A DNA stretch of 64,000 nucleotides from Candidatus Undinarchaeales archaeon (GTDB taxonomy: Archaea; SpSt-1190; JASMDC01): contig JASMDC010000018.1 in the NCBI GenBank assembly GCA_030753015.1, positions 8,455-72,454 on the forward strand. The letters run 5' to 3'. The notes beneath the pieces are model-generated. The model was not told the origin of the DNA. It did no database searches and saw only the letters and a list, made by a program, of their open reading frames with translations. Of this stretch, positions 19,830 to 29,622 are shown in pieces. The position numbers and the translations under genes are program-made. Within the stretch, counting starts at the first letter, position 1. Each line of letters starts with the position of its first letter.

Positions 19830-22514
19830 ATGTTTGTGTTCATATCGTCGTACGTGGGAGCATTCGACCGGTTGAACGACCTGCAAATCTCCTCCAAGCT
19901 CTTCCTCCTAATCCTCGTGCTCTCAGTGATCCCCCTGATCATTGTCGGCTACATAGCCGTGTGGAACGCCCGGGGCATCGCCATGAACGCAGTGGAAGGC
20001 TCTACCAAAATGGGGGAGCGGGACCTGGCCGCTGCCAAGGAGCTGGGTCGCGCTGCGGTGAACGATAGTGTCGAGGCACTGGACGCGAAGGCCATCGAGG
20101 CTCTCGAGATGCGTGCCGTCGAGCTCGCGCGGAGCATCGCCAACTTCCTCTACGAGCGCGACGGCGACATCCTGGGCGCCCGGTCTCTAGACAGGAGACC
20201 GGAGACCTACCGTGCGTTCCTGCTGTCGAAGCGACATATCGTGAATCTGGGCCACCAGCGACAGGAGGTACCCCTCTACTCCGAGATGACCTTCATCGAC
20301 CTTACCGGTCGCGAGATAATAAGGGTGCACAAGGACGACATCCAGGTGGTCCTGCGCAACGTGGCTAATACCGCTGACACCTACCTCGGCGTCGAGGACT
20401 ACTTCGAGCATGCAAAGGTGCTGGGTGAAGACGAGATTCACGTCTCTCATCTTGTGGGACAACGCATTGATCCGTACCGTGCGTACAGGGGAGTCGAGCG
20501 TCCGAACGGGGACCGGTTCGACGGCATCATCCGGTGGGTGACCCCGGTATACGAGGATGATGAGAAGGTGGGCTATGTGACCCTGGCCCTCAACCACACC
20601 CACCTTATCGAGTTCATCGAGCACGTCGTGCCCACCACAAAGAGATTCATCGACATCCCTGATCCGGGAGCTGGCAGCTTTGTCCTCATGTGGGACGACC
20701 AGTGGCATAATATCGTCAATCCCCGTCACGACCGCATCTGGGGATACACCAAGGAGGGTATCGAGGGTCAGGAATGGGCCAACACGACGATCGAGGGCCT
20801 CTTGAGCTACCCGACGAACTGCGAGGTCCTGGGCACCCACCTACCCTCCTGCTCGCAATGGAGGCCCGAGAACGCTGATGCCGGTCTGGTATCCTTCACG
20901 TTCATGTGGATAGGGGAGGACCTGGTGACCACGTTCGCCACCATCCCGTACTTCTCCGGGCCTTACTCGGCCCCTCAGGGATTCGGCACTCTTACCATGA
21001 TCTCGGACAGCGCGTCATTCCACGCGGCTGCGGAACGGACCCGATGGATGATTGACGAGACCACACGGAGACAGAGCGAGCGGATCCGCGAGACGGTCGA
21101 GCTCACCATCGATACGATCGACCAGCGTGCCCGGGTCACTACCGTGCTCCTCGTGTTCGTCGCCATCGCCTCGGCCTTGCTTGTGGCCACCGTGGGCGCC
21201 GGGATGTCGATAACACTCACCGAGCCACTCATGACGCTGACCGACAGCGCCGAGCGCATCTCGGACGGCGACCTCGAGCTCGAGCTCGACGTGCAGCGGG
21301 GCGACGAGATAGGCCAGCTTGGCAGGGCCTTCAGCCGGATGTCACAGGAACTGCGCAAGACGTTGGATAACCTGCGCACGGCCAACCTCGAGCTCAAGGA
21401 GCTGGATCAGCTCAAGTCGCAGTTCGTGTCCGTCGCGTCCCACGAGCTGCGGACACCCATCATCTCCATCCGTGGTTACATCGAGCTGGTCAGGGAGGGT
21501 GAGGGCGGGCCCGTCACCGACGAGCAAGAGAACATGCTCGCAGTGGCCTCACGTAACACGGAACGGCTGCTCACCATCATCAACGACCTGCTGGACATAT
21601 CCCGCATCGAGGCCGGTGCCCTGCACCTGGATATGGTGTCCGTTGACATCAACCGTCTTGTCCGGGACACCCTCGAGGAGATCCGGCCGCTGGCGGACCG
21701 ACACGGCCACACGATGAAGCTCGAACTGGATAGCAGCATCCCAGAGGTTGAGGGGGATCCTGACCGGCTGGCCCAGATCGTCACGAATCTGCTCAGCAAC
21801 GCTATCAAGTACACACCGGACAAGGGCAGGATCGTCGTCCGTACTGAACGCGGGGATACGGACGGGATTCATCTGAAGGTGGAGGACGACGGGATTGGTA
21901 TCCCCTCCGGAGACCTCCCGCATATATGGGAGCGGTTCTATCGGGGCCAGCATGCTTCTGGCCACCATCGTCCCCGGAGCATGGACTTCAGAACAGGAGG
22001 GACCGGGCTCGGGCTCCCCATCGTGAAGGGTATCGTGGAGGAGCATGGAGGGAAGGTTCGGGTTGAGAGCGAGGAGGGTGCCGGGAGCACGTTCCATGTC
22101 AATCTTCCTACCGAGACCGCGATGATAGCAGCGACTGGGCACAGTTCGCGTAATAGGAATCCCATGGTGCTCGTCATCGACGATGATGAGGAATTTTGCG
22201 ACCAGATCGAGCTGGTCCTTCGCAAGGACTTCAAGGTGGTCAAAGCGACGAGCGGCAAGGAGGGAGTGGATATGGCCGGCAAGCACCGTCCCGACCTAAT
22301 CCTCCTCGACATCCTCATGTCAGGGCTCGACGGGTACGAGGTGTGCCGTGCGCTGAAGGAGAGCGACGACACTAAGAACATCCCCGTCATCATCCTTTCC
22401 TCGATGGACCGGGAGGACGTGTGGGCGCGTGCCGAGGACGCCGGGGCTGACGATTTCATATCGAAGACGTTCAAGCGGAAAGAGCTGCTGGAAAAGGTGC
22501 GTTCGCGCCTGTGA
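19830..22514 (+). CDS. hybrid sensor histidine kinase (TM-sensor-TM-HAMP-HisKA-HATPase-REC)
   Basis: DEIGQL HAMP, SHELRTP H-box, NLLSNAIKY, DDGIGI, GTGLGL, C-terminal receiver LLDILM. Confidence 0.95.
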   Translation: MFVFISSYVGAFDRLNDLQISSKLFLLILVLSVIPLIIVGYIAVWNARGIAMNAVEGSTKMGERDLAAAKELGRAAVNDSVEALDAKAIEALEMRAVELARSIANFLYERDGDILGARSLDRRPETYRAFLLSKRHIVNLGHQRQEVPLYSEMTFIDLTGREIIRVHKDDIQVVLRNVANTADTYLGVEDYFEHAKVLGEDEIHVSHLVGQRIDPYRAYRGVERPNGDRFDGIIRWVTPVYEDDEKVGYVTLALNHTHLIEFIEHVVPTTKRFIDIPDPGAGSFVLMWDDQWHNIVNPRHDRIWGYTKEGIEGQEWANTTIEGLLSYPTNCEVLGTHLPSCSQWRPENADAGLVSFTFMWIGEDLVTTFATIPYFSGPYSAPQGFGTLTMISDSASFHAAAERTRWMIDETTRRQSERIRETVELTIDTIDQRARVTTVLLVFVAIASALLVATVGAGMSITLTEPLMTLTDSAERISDGDLELELDVQRGDEIGQLGRAFSRMSQELRKTLDNLRTANLELKELDQLKSQFVSVASHELRTPIISIRGYIELVREGEGGPVTDEQENMLAVASRNTERLLTIINDLLDISRIEAGALHLDMVSVDINRLVRDTLEEIRPLADRHGHTMKLELDSSIPEVEGDPDRLAQIVTNLLSNAIKYTPDKGRIVVRTERGDTDGIHLKVEDDGIGIPSGDLPHIWERFYRGQHASGHHRPRSMDFRTGGTGLGLPIVKGIVEEHGGKVRVESEEGAGSTFHVNLPTETAMIAATGHSSRNRNPMVLVIDDDEEFCDQIELVLRKDFKVVKATSGKEGVDMAGKHRPDLILLDILMSGLDGYEVCRALKESDDTKNIPVIILSSMDREDVWARAEDAGADDFISKTFKRKELLEKVRSRL

Positions 22515-22526
22515 GATAGGAGGACA

Positions 22527-24080
22527 ATGATCATGGCCAAGGACAGTGCAAAGGATGAAGGCGCGGGGCTGACGGTCCTTGTGGTGGACGATGAACCGGA
22601 CACCGTGGACTACATTACCCTGCTCCTCACCACGCGCGGGTACGCGGTGCTCCCTGCCAACTCCGGCGAGGACGCTCTCGCCACACTCGACAAGCACGAC
22701 GAGGTCGACCTCGTGCTCCTTGACCTGCGCATGCCCGGCCTATCCGGTGCCGACGTCCTCATGACGATCCGGGCCGACGAGCGGACCGCGACCCTTCCCG
22801 TGGTCATACTCAGCGTCAACACAGAGACAAAGGACAAGGTCAATGCCCTCGGGCTGGGCGCGGACGACTACATCGAGAAGCCCTTCAGGAAGGAGGAGCT
22901 GTTCGCCCGCATCCGTTCCCACATCCACCGCAAGACACTTCGCGAGGAGCTGGAGGAGCTGAACCGGACCCTCGACCGCAAGGTGATGCAGCGGACCATG
23001 GAGCTCTTCCTCGAAAAGGAGTTCAGCGAGTGTCTCATCGAGAACGCCTCGGACATAATCTGTGTACTGGACCGCGAGGGGAAGCTCGTCAGGGTGAACC
23101 GGGCGGCAGAAAGGCTTTTCGGTCACGGGAAAGAGGAACTGCTCGGCCAGGCGCTCATCAGCTATGTAGTCCCCGAACACGTCCCTATCCTCACCGAGAA
23201 CCGCACCCAGCGACTGCGGGGAGCGGACATCTCACCATACGACGTTGACGTGGTGGCCGGCGACGACTCGCGTCGTACAATCGAGATAGGAACGAGCCTG
23301 GTCAAGGACGAGAGCGGTGAGTTCGTGGAGTTCATGATCGCACGGGACATCACCGAGCGCAAGCGTGCTGAGGAGGAAATGCGCCGGCGGCTGATGCGGT
23401 TCCGTCTCAAGGAAGGAACCCTCTACCTCGTGGATGAGCACGGCCCGGGGCTCGCCCTCGAGGCGTTCAGGGACCTGCTCCGTGCTGGCTATCGTGCGCT
23501 TGCCATCACCCGTACGCCCGGAGAAGAGTTCCGGAAGGATACCGGAGGAGAGTATGAGCTCGAATGGCTCGCGGAGCAAGAGGGTCCGGACGCCCTTCCC
23601 CCCGAGCTCGGGATGGTCGAGAACCGCATCAAAGGGCTATCGCGACGGACTGCCGTGCTAATCGAACGGCTCGATTATCTCCTGTTCAAGAACGGCTTCG
23701 AAGCGACCCTTTCCTTCGTCCAACGCCTTCGAGAGATCGCGTACGTCCACGGCCACGTGGTGGTCCTCGCACTGGACCCGGCCGCGGTGACGCCCGACCA
23801 GCGCAACCTCCTCGAGAACGAGACGGGAATGATCGAGACACAACAAGGAGTGCGGCTCCCCGAGGATCTCATGGTGATACTACGGTTCGTCCACCGGCAG
23901 AACCTTATAGGCGTCAAGCCCCCCCTCTCGGAGATCGGCCACGAGTTCGGGATGAGCCGACCAACGGTGCGGCGGAAGGTCAAGCAGCTCCTGGCAGGGG
24001 AGTACGTGCTGGCACACCAGAAGGGGCGATCCAAGGTGCTCGAGCTGGCGCCGCGGGGCCGACGTCTGTTCGAGCGGTGA
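22527..24080 (+). CDS. response regulator REC-PAS-DUF835-like-winged HTH
   Basis: LLDLRMP receiver; PAS ending ARDITERK; IERLDYLLFKNGFE DUF835-like segment; C-terminal HTH SEIGHEFGMSRPTVRRKV. Confidence 0.88.
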   Translation: MIMAKDSAKDEGAGLTVLVVDDEPDTVDYITLLLTTRGYAVLPANSGEDALATLDKHDEVDLVLLDLRMPGLSGADVLMTIRADERTATLPVVILSVNTETKDKVNALGLGADDYIEKPFRKEELFARIRSHIHRKTLREELEELNRTLDRKVMQRTMELFLEKEFSECLIENASDIICVLDREGKLVRVNRAAERLFGHGKEELLGQALISYVVPEHVPILTENRTQRLRGADISPYDVDVVAGDDSRRTIEIGTSLVKDESGEFVEFMIARDITERKRAEEEMRRRLMRFRLKEGTLYLVDEHGPGLALEAFRDLLRAGYRALAITRTPGEEFRKDTGGEYELEWLAEQEGPDALPPELGMVENRIKGLSRRTAVLIERLDYLLFKNGFEATLSFVQRLREIAYVHGHVVVLALDPAAVTPDQRNLLENETGMIETQQGVRLPEDLMVILRFVHRQNLIGVKPPLSEIGHEFGMSRPTVRRKVKQLLAGEYVLAHQKGRSKVLELAPRGRRLFER

Positions 24081-24108
24081 GCCTTGTAGAGCGACTGCTA
24101 CCATCAGT

Positions 24109-24138
24109 CGTCCCATGTTGTTCCATGTTCCGTTCCAT
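24109..24138 (-). repeat. inverted copy of the triple repeat downstream of the response regulator
   Basis: Minus strand ATGGAACG-gaac-ATGGAACA-ac-ATGGGACG; 22/30 identical to 19755-19784. Confidence 0.6.
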
Positions 24139-24158
24139 GTACTTATAACTGGGGAACG

Positions 24159-24785
24159 GTGTCCTTCGGATTGGGAGCGAGAACGGTCAAGAAACGCGAG
24201 CGTCTCATCACAGTGACCCAGGATTGGAGGTCGGTCCTCCATCAAGACACCACCCCCTCGGCGGCGGCCGTCAGACAGGTCGCCACGTCCGTGCTCACCC
24301 TCGTCCGTGGACGGGAGCCGGGCGCCCGCGCCGAGCTCTTTTACAGACTTCTTGCACTCTTGGCCACATGCGGTTACCGTGTGTACTACCTCTCCTGCGA
24401 CAAGGGTCGGGAGGAGGTCATCGAGCGATGCGCGAGGTACGGTCTGCGTCCGTCGTCCGTGAACGTGCTCGAGCTAGGGAGGGACTGGACCGTTCCTTCC
24501 TTCGAGCGCGATCCCTCCCATATCAAGGACCGCATCGCCTTCATACAGAACGCCCATCAAGGATTCTCCCAGGACGAGCCCCTCATCTTCGCTGGGGACG
24601 TTGTCACGCATCTGACCACGCATTACGGTGTCGCGCGGACAACCGATTTCCTGCGTGATATCGTCTCGGACGCCAGGAGTTCGACCACGCGGTTCGTCTT
24701 CCCCATCGATGGAAGACATCCGGGGACCGAGGACCTGCTTCCGACCGCGGACCTAGTGCTTGAGCTCGACGGCACTGACCGTTGA
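24159..24785 (+). CDS. hypothetical protein, degenerate RecA/KaiC-like fold (start uncertain)
   Basis: LTLVRGREPG in the Walker-A position, VYYLSCD, C-terminal ADLVLELD. Confidence 0.5.
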   Translation: MSFGLGARTVKKRERLITVTQDWRSVLHQDTTPSAAAVRQVATSVLTLVRGREPGARAELFYRLLALLATCGYRVYYLSCDKGREEVIERCARYGLRPSSVNVLELGRDWTVPSFERDPSHIKDRIAFIQNAHQGFSQDEPLIFAGDVVTHLTTHYGVARTTDFLRDIVSDARSSTTRFVFPIDGRHPGTEDLLPTADLVLELDGTDR

Positions 24786-24844
24786 TGACGCTCACCGAAG
24801 CGCTCAAGGGAAATGCTTAAGAGGGCGCTTGATAGCATACGGGT

Positions 24845-25843
24845 GTGACGATGGAGGAACCATCCGTTGGAGGACGTATCGGGAGGCGCAGGTTCCTCAG
24901 ATGGGGCCTGGGCCTCGGCGTTGTGGCCTTGGCCGCATACCGCTTCCTCCCCGTGAAGAGATTGGTGATCGCGTCCACACCCGGTACTCCGAGGAAGCGG
25001 ATCGCACCCCCGCCATCGGCCCCACCTGTTCCCTCTGTCGCACCTACGGGGTCCTCTGAGATCCCTGTCCAGCTCTGCTCGGTACGGGGTGGCACGGTGG
25101 CCGACAGGGTACGGACCGCTTTCGAGAACATCGGCCTTGATTCCCGCGTCACGAAGGGAACGAAGGTGGTCCTCAAGGTCAACCTGCTTCAAGCCTCCAA
25201 GAAGGCATGCAATGTCCCGGAGTTCGTGGGAGCGCTCGCCAAGGAGTTCCTCGACCGTGGTGCCGAGGTCCTGGTGGCCGACTCCTCGTCAGGGGGCTCC
25301 ACCCGGCAGGCAGCGGAACACACAGGGCTCCTCAAAGTATGCGACGAGGTCGGTGTCCCCTTCAAGGTGCTCGAAGATTCTGAGCGTGTTGCGGTGGACG
25401 TCCCGAACAGCTTGCGGCTCAGCTCGGTGAACGTCGCCAAGGAGGTAATGGACGCCGACCTTCTGGTCTCCGTTCCCAAGCTCAAGCTCCATGGCCAGTC
25501 CATCATCACCCTTGGCATGAAGAACATGATGGGGACCATCCACCGCTTCGAGATGAAGGACTTCCATATGGACATCCAATCGAGCGTCGCGGACCTCATG
25601 CGCGTAGTGCCGCCGGACGTCGTGTTCATTGACGGTACGGAGGCCATGGTGACCGGGGGCCCCATGAACGGGCGCATGGAGCAGCGGGACCTCGTCATCG
25701 CGGGCTACGATGTGGTGGCGGTGGATGCGGCAGGCTCCCGCGAGCTCGATATAGATCCCATGGGTGTGGGTTACATCGTGAACGCGCAGAATGCGGGCAT
25801 AGGCTCCATGGAGCCCGCGTCGTCACGGGACATCAAGCTGTGA
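24845..25843 (+). CDS. DUF362 family protein with Tat signal
   Basis: GRRRFL twin-Arg; VVLKVNL, VPKLKLH, TLGMKNMMG and DVVAVD motifs. Confidence 0.9.
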   Translation: MTMEEPSVGGRIGRRRFLRWGLGLGVVALAAYRFLPVKRLVIASTPGTPRKRIAPPPSAPPVPSVAPTGSSEIPVQLCSVRGGTVADRVRTAFENIGLDSRVTKGTKVVLKVNLLQASKKACNVPEFVGALAKEFLDRGAEVLVADSSSGGSTRQAAEHTGLLKVCDEVGVPFKVLEDSERVAVDVPNSLRLSSVNVAKEVMDADLLVSVPKLKLHGQSIITLGMKNMMGTIHRFEMKDFHMDIQSSVADLMRVVPPDVVFIDGTEAMVTGGPMNGRMEQRDLVIAGYDVVAVDAAGSRELDIDPMGVGYIVNAQNAGIGSMEPASSRDIKL

Positions 25844-25855
25844 AGGCCGGCCCTG

Positions 25856-26566
25856 CTACTCCCCCTTCTCCTTCCGTTTCTTTTTCATCTCCTCCTTGAA
25901 AGGATTGTACCCCAGTTGGGGGATGGGCTGGATCACACCGGACGCGACGTTACGCAGGTGGGCGGAGATACGACGGAGGTTGTTGGTGAGCAGAGCGTAT
26001 ATGATTGCCTTACGAGCGTCGATCTCCGTGTCCTCGGTGAGACGACGGGCGAGGTCGGCGTGTTTGCGCTTGGTGCCCTCCTCATGCATCCCCATCACGG
26101 TCTTGGCCTTCTTCTCGTTGTCCTCCTGTAACGACTCCTTGGTGAGATCGAACATCTTGATAATCCGGCCGTACATGGCGATGACATCCTTGCGGTACTG
26201 GTCGTCGTCGAGGATTGTGGGGTAGAGGAGCTTGAGCTGAGCGATGTTCTTGCAGTAGTCGCCTATACGTTCGTAATCGATGACGATGGATATCAGGTAG
26301 AGAGAGCCGGAGAGGTCGGGGGAAGCGTTGAAGGCCAGGTACTTGAGCACTTTGGTGCGCACTCCCACTTCCAGCCGGTTGATGAGCTTGTCCTCGCCAC
26401 ATATCCTCTCAGCGATGTTGCACTTATCGTCCAGCAGGCATTTGAACGAGTCGCGAAACATGGACTTGCTCTGCTCGTTCATCTCCTCGATCTCGTCGAA
26501 GGCGTCGTCGAGGATGCTGCCGCGCGTCAGTGCGTCGTATATCTCCTTGAATGCCATCAGTATCAC
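25856..26566 (-). CDS. phoU: PhoU-family phosphate transport regulator
   Basis: DYERIGDYCKNIA and LRRISAHLRNVA duplicated PhoU repeats. Confidence 0.88.
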   Translation of the reverse strand: MILMAFKEIYDALTRGSILDDAFDEIEEMNEQSKSMFRDSFKCLLDDKCNIAERICGEDKLINRLEVGVRTKVLKYLAFNASPDLSGSLYLISIVIDYERIGDYCKNIAQLKLLYPTILDDDQYRKDVIAMYGRIIKMFDLTKESLQEDNEKKAKTVMGMHEEGTKRKHADLARRLTEDTEIDARKAIIYALLTNNLRRISAHLRNVASGVIQPIPQLGYNPFKEEMKKKRKEKGE

Positions 26567-27630
26567 CGTATCATGAATATCACTATCCCGGGTACTATGT
26601 AGAACGCGAAGATCATGTAGGCCAGCGCCAGCTTGCGCTGCTCGGACACCACCTCGGCAAGCCGCCGCGCCAAGCCGATAGGCACCTGCCTGAGTGGGTA
26701 CCAGATGACGATACCGAATATGTTGAAGAGCAGGTGCGCGGAAGCAGCCGTGACCGCGAGCTCGTTCTTGGTGACCAGCGCGGCCAGGAAGGCGGTGATG
26801 GTGGTGCCGATGTTGGCGCCCAGTGTGTAGGGGAATATCATCTCCAGTGTGACGAGGCCGGCGCCGGCCAGTGGGATGACCAGGGACGTCGTGATGGAGG
26901 AGGACTGCACCGCGGCGGTGACCACTACCCCCAGAATGAACGAGATGAAGGCCGTGCGGAACAGAAAGCGGTCCAGTAGCAGCTGCATGCGGTCCATCAC
27001 TAGCGAGCGCATGCAGTTCACGATGGCCTTGAGGGCGAGGAATAGCGTGACCATGGCGAGGACCAGGATGAGCCAGAGCGGGAGGTTGTGCTTGAGCACG
27101 GCGATCACCGGCTTGATTATGTAGTCCAGCGGGCTCACCAGTTTGAGCCCACCCATGGACGCGAAGGTGCCGGCGAGCACCCGGGCCGAGGACTCGATGG
27201 GGTGGTACATGATCTCGATCGGTAGGAGCACAGCGGCGGCGAGGATGTTGAAGAAGTCGTGTACGGTGGCGGCGGAGAAGGCCTTCTCGAAGTCCCTGCG
27301 GGAGGAGACGTGGCCCAGGGAGACGATTGTGTTGGTGATGGAGGTGCCCATGTTGGCGCCCATGATGATGGGGATGGCACAGGAGAGCGTCAGGAGCCCT
27401 CCGTCCACCATGAGCACGACGAGCGACGTCGTCGCCGACGAGGACTGGATGAGGGCGGTGGCGACCACGCCCACGAAGAAGGCCGCCAGTGGATCGGTGG
27501 TGGAGGCGATGATCTGCTCCGAGTAGTCGGCGCCCACGGCCTTGAACACGGCGCCGATGGCGCTGATGCTTAGGATGAACGCGTACAACGCCAGGAGCAG
27601 GGTGGCGAGCTTGAGATGCTCCTCCTTCAC
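26563..27630 (-). CDS. Na+/phosphate symporter (NptA/SLC34 family)
   Basis: Two QSSS motifs; GANMGTS and GANIGTT. Confidence 0.93.
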   Translation of the reverse strand: MKEEHLKLATLLLALYAFILSISAIGAVFKAVGADYSEQIIASTTDPLAAFFVGVVATALIQSSSATTSLVVLMVDGGLLTLSCAIPIIMGANMGTSITNTIVSLGHVSSRRDFEKAFSAATVHDFFNILAAAVLLPIEIMYHPIESSARVLAGTFASMGGLKLVSPLDYIIKPVIAVLKHNLPLWLILVLAMVTLFLALKAIVNCMRSLVMDRMQLLLDRFLFRTAFISFILGVVVTAAVQSSSITTSLVIPLAGAGLVTLEMIFPYTLGANIGTTITAFLAALVTKNELAVTAASAHLLFNIFGIVIWYPLRQVPIGLARRLAEVVSEQRKLALAYMIFAFYIVPGIVIFMIR

Positions 27631-27690
27631 GTTAAGGGTGGAAGTGCAGTAGTGTTTTAAGCCTAACGCCGGGGCCCTGCGTTCACGCGC

Positions 27691-28878
27691 TCATGCCGGC
27701 AGCACTTGGCGCAGTATGTAGTAGAACGCGATGGACAGCACAGCCCCCGAGATGGGCGTGGCCAGCCAACCGAGCATGATGTTCCGGATGGTGCGGAGGT
27801 TCACCGTTCGCGTCCCCTTGGTGAGCCCCACACCGATGACGCCGCCCACGATCGCCTGGGTCGTTGACACGGGGATGCCCTGCTGGATGAAGACGTACAC
27901 CGTGATGGCCGACGCGAACTGCGCCCCCAGCGCCGACACGGGGCCCAGGGTGGTGATCCCGCCGCCCATGGTCTCCACCACACCGCGGCCGAACATAATG
28001 GCGCCGAGGCCGAGGCATACGCCCCCGAGAAGCGCTCCCACCATGGTTGGAAGGACGTGCAGGTCGATGTAGACGTGGCCCGATTCGACCGACGACCACC
28101 CGCCCTTCAGTGCGTACTCGTTGAGCACATTCGACCCGACCAGCGGTCCCATGGCGTTGGCCACGTCGTTGGCGCCGAGGTTGTAGGCCACCGCCATCGC
28201 CGCCACTAGGGTGAGGACCTTTACCAGGGCACTGGTCGTCGCCCTGCTGCCGGACCGTGCCAGAATCCGGTTGAAAAAGTGGTAGAGGACGTAGGCCAGC
28301 ACCATGGAACACAGAGGGGAGAGCACCCAGCTCACCAGCATAGTCTTCAGGATGGCGTAGTTGATGGGCGCGGGCATCCCGCCGAAGAGGTTGAGTCCGA
28401 TGCCCGCACCAGCCACCGCACCGATGAGCGCCTGGGTGGTGGAAGTGGGGATTTTAAGAGCGGTGATAGCGAGCATGAATACACCCGCTGCCAGGAACGC
28501 GGCGAGCACGGCGCGCCGGTCCTTCTCCAGGTAGATGATCTTCTGGCCGTTGACATGGCTGCGGCACTCGCCTGTTGTGACTTTCGCGTTCGGTGGGCTG
28601 GTGATGGCGCAGGTGTACTCCGCGTTGATGGCACGACACGGTTCGTCCGTCTCGCACTCGACGGCGGGGACGATACCCTTGCCCACGGTCTTCATGACCT
28701 TGTAGCCCTCCAGTGTGGCGCCCAGAAGGGCGAACACCACGACGATGATGACAGCCTTGTGGAACGGCAGGATGCCGCCGCCCACGGTAGTACCGATGGC
28801 GTTGGACGCGTCGTTGGCGCCAATGTTCCACGCGACCAGCAGGCACGCGCCGATGATGAGGATGGACAGGGGGTCCAT
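27691..28878 (-). CDS. PiT family inorganic phosphate transporter
   Basis: Two GANDxxN motifs; PTSTTQ and PVSTTQ. Confidence 0.93.
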   Translation of the reverse strand: MDPLSILIIGACLLVAWNIGANDASNAIGTTVGGGILPFHKAVIIVVVFALLGATLEGYKVMKTVGKGIVPAVECETDEPCRAINAEYTCAITSPPNAKVTTGECRSHVNGQKIIYLEKDRRAVLAAFLAAGVFMLAITALKIPTSTTQALIGAVAGAGIGLNLFGGMPAPINYAILKTMLVSWVLSPLCSMVLAYVLYHFFNRILARSGSRATTSALVKVLTLVAAMAVAYNLGANDVANAMGPLVGSNVLNEYALKGGWSSVESGHVYIDLHVLPTMVGALLGGVCLGLGAIMFGRGVVETMGGGITTLGPVSALGAQFASAITVYVFIQQGIPVSTTQAIVGGVIGVGLTKGTRTVNLRTIRNIMLGWLATPISGAVLSIAFYYILRQVLPA

Positions 28879-28887
28879 GATCCCACT

Positions 28888-29553
28888 CTAGGCGGTGCCG
28901 GTGATCAGCATGATGTTGAGAACGTCCGAGGCGTTCTCAGCGGCGTCGGTGAGCCCCGCAGTGGCGTCGGCGATGCCTGCCACCAGGAAGAGCAGGATAG
29001 GGTCATTGATCTCATACAGCTTCTCGTACAGCTCCCCCTTGAGTTGGTCGGCCTGAGCCTCCCGGTCGGCGATCTGCTTGAGGACACGTTTAGTGTCCTC
29101 GGGTCTCTCCTGGAGGGCGTCGTAGGCGAAGAGCAGGAGCTCGGTGGCGTCGATGCCGAGATCGGTCATGCGCTTGAGGTGCTTTGCGATGGACGGATCG
29201 CACTTCATATCCAGCATGTGCATCGAGATGCTCGCTGCGTCCTTGGACTCGTCCACGATGTCGTCCACCCGCTCCACGAGGTCGATGATGCGGCTGCGTG
29301 ACAGAGGGAGGAAGGCTCCCGAGTAGAGGAGTTCCTCGATGCTGTGGACGAAAGTGTCCGCGTCATTTTCCTGCTTTCGGATCTCCGCAAGCTTCGCCCG
29401 GGCCAGCTCCTTGTCGCACTCGCCAACGGCGTCGAAGAACTCGCCCAGTGCCACAACGCTCTTGTTGGCTTTCACCATGTGCTTTCGGATGAGCTCGAGC
29501 ACCTGGTTCTCCTTGTCCCTCCCGAAGAAGGGAATGCCGTCGAGGAATCCCAT
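28888..29553 (-). CDS. DUF47 (TIGR00153-like) phosphate transport regulator
   Basis: ENDAD...GAFLPLSR and EAQAD motifs; directly upstream of the PiT gene. Confidence 0.9.
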   Translation of the reverse strand: MGFLDGIPFFGRDKENQVLELIRKHMVKANKSVVALGEFFDAVGECDKELARAKLAEIRKQENDADTFVHSIEELLYSGAFLPLSRSRIIDLVERVDDIVDESKDAASISMHMLDMKCDPSIAKHLKRMTDLGIDATELLLFAYDALQERPEDTKRVLKQIADREAQADQLKGELYEKLYEINDPILLFLVAGIADATAGLTDAAENASDVLNIMLITGTA

Positions 29554-29622
29554 GATAATCACTCTTACTTAAGGACTAGGACATGCCACTTTTAAAACGC
29601 TTGTGCTCGCGTCCAGCCGGTC

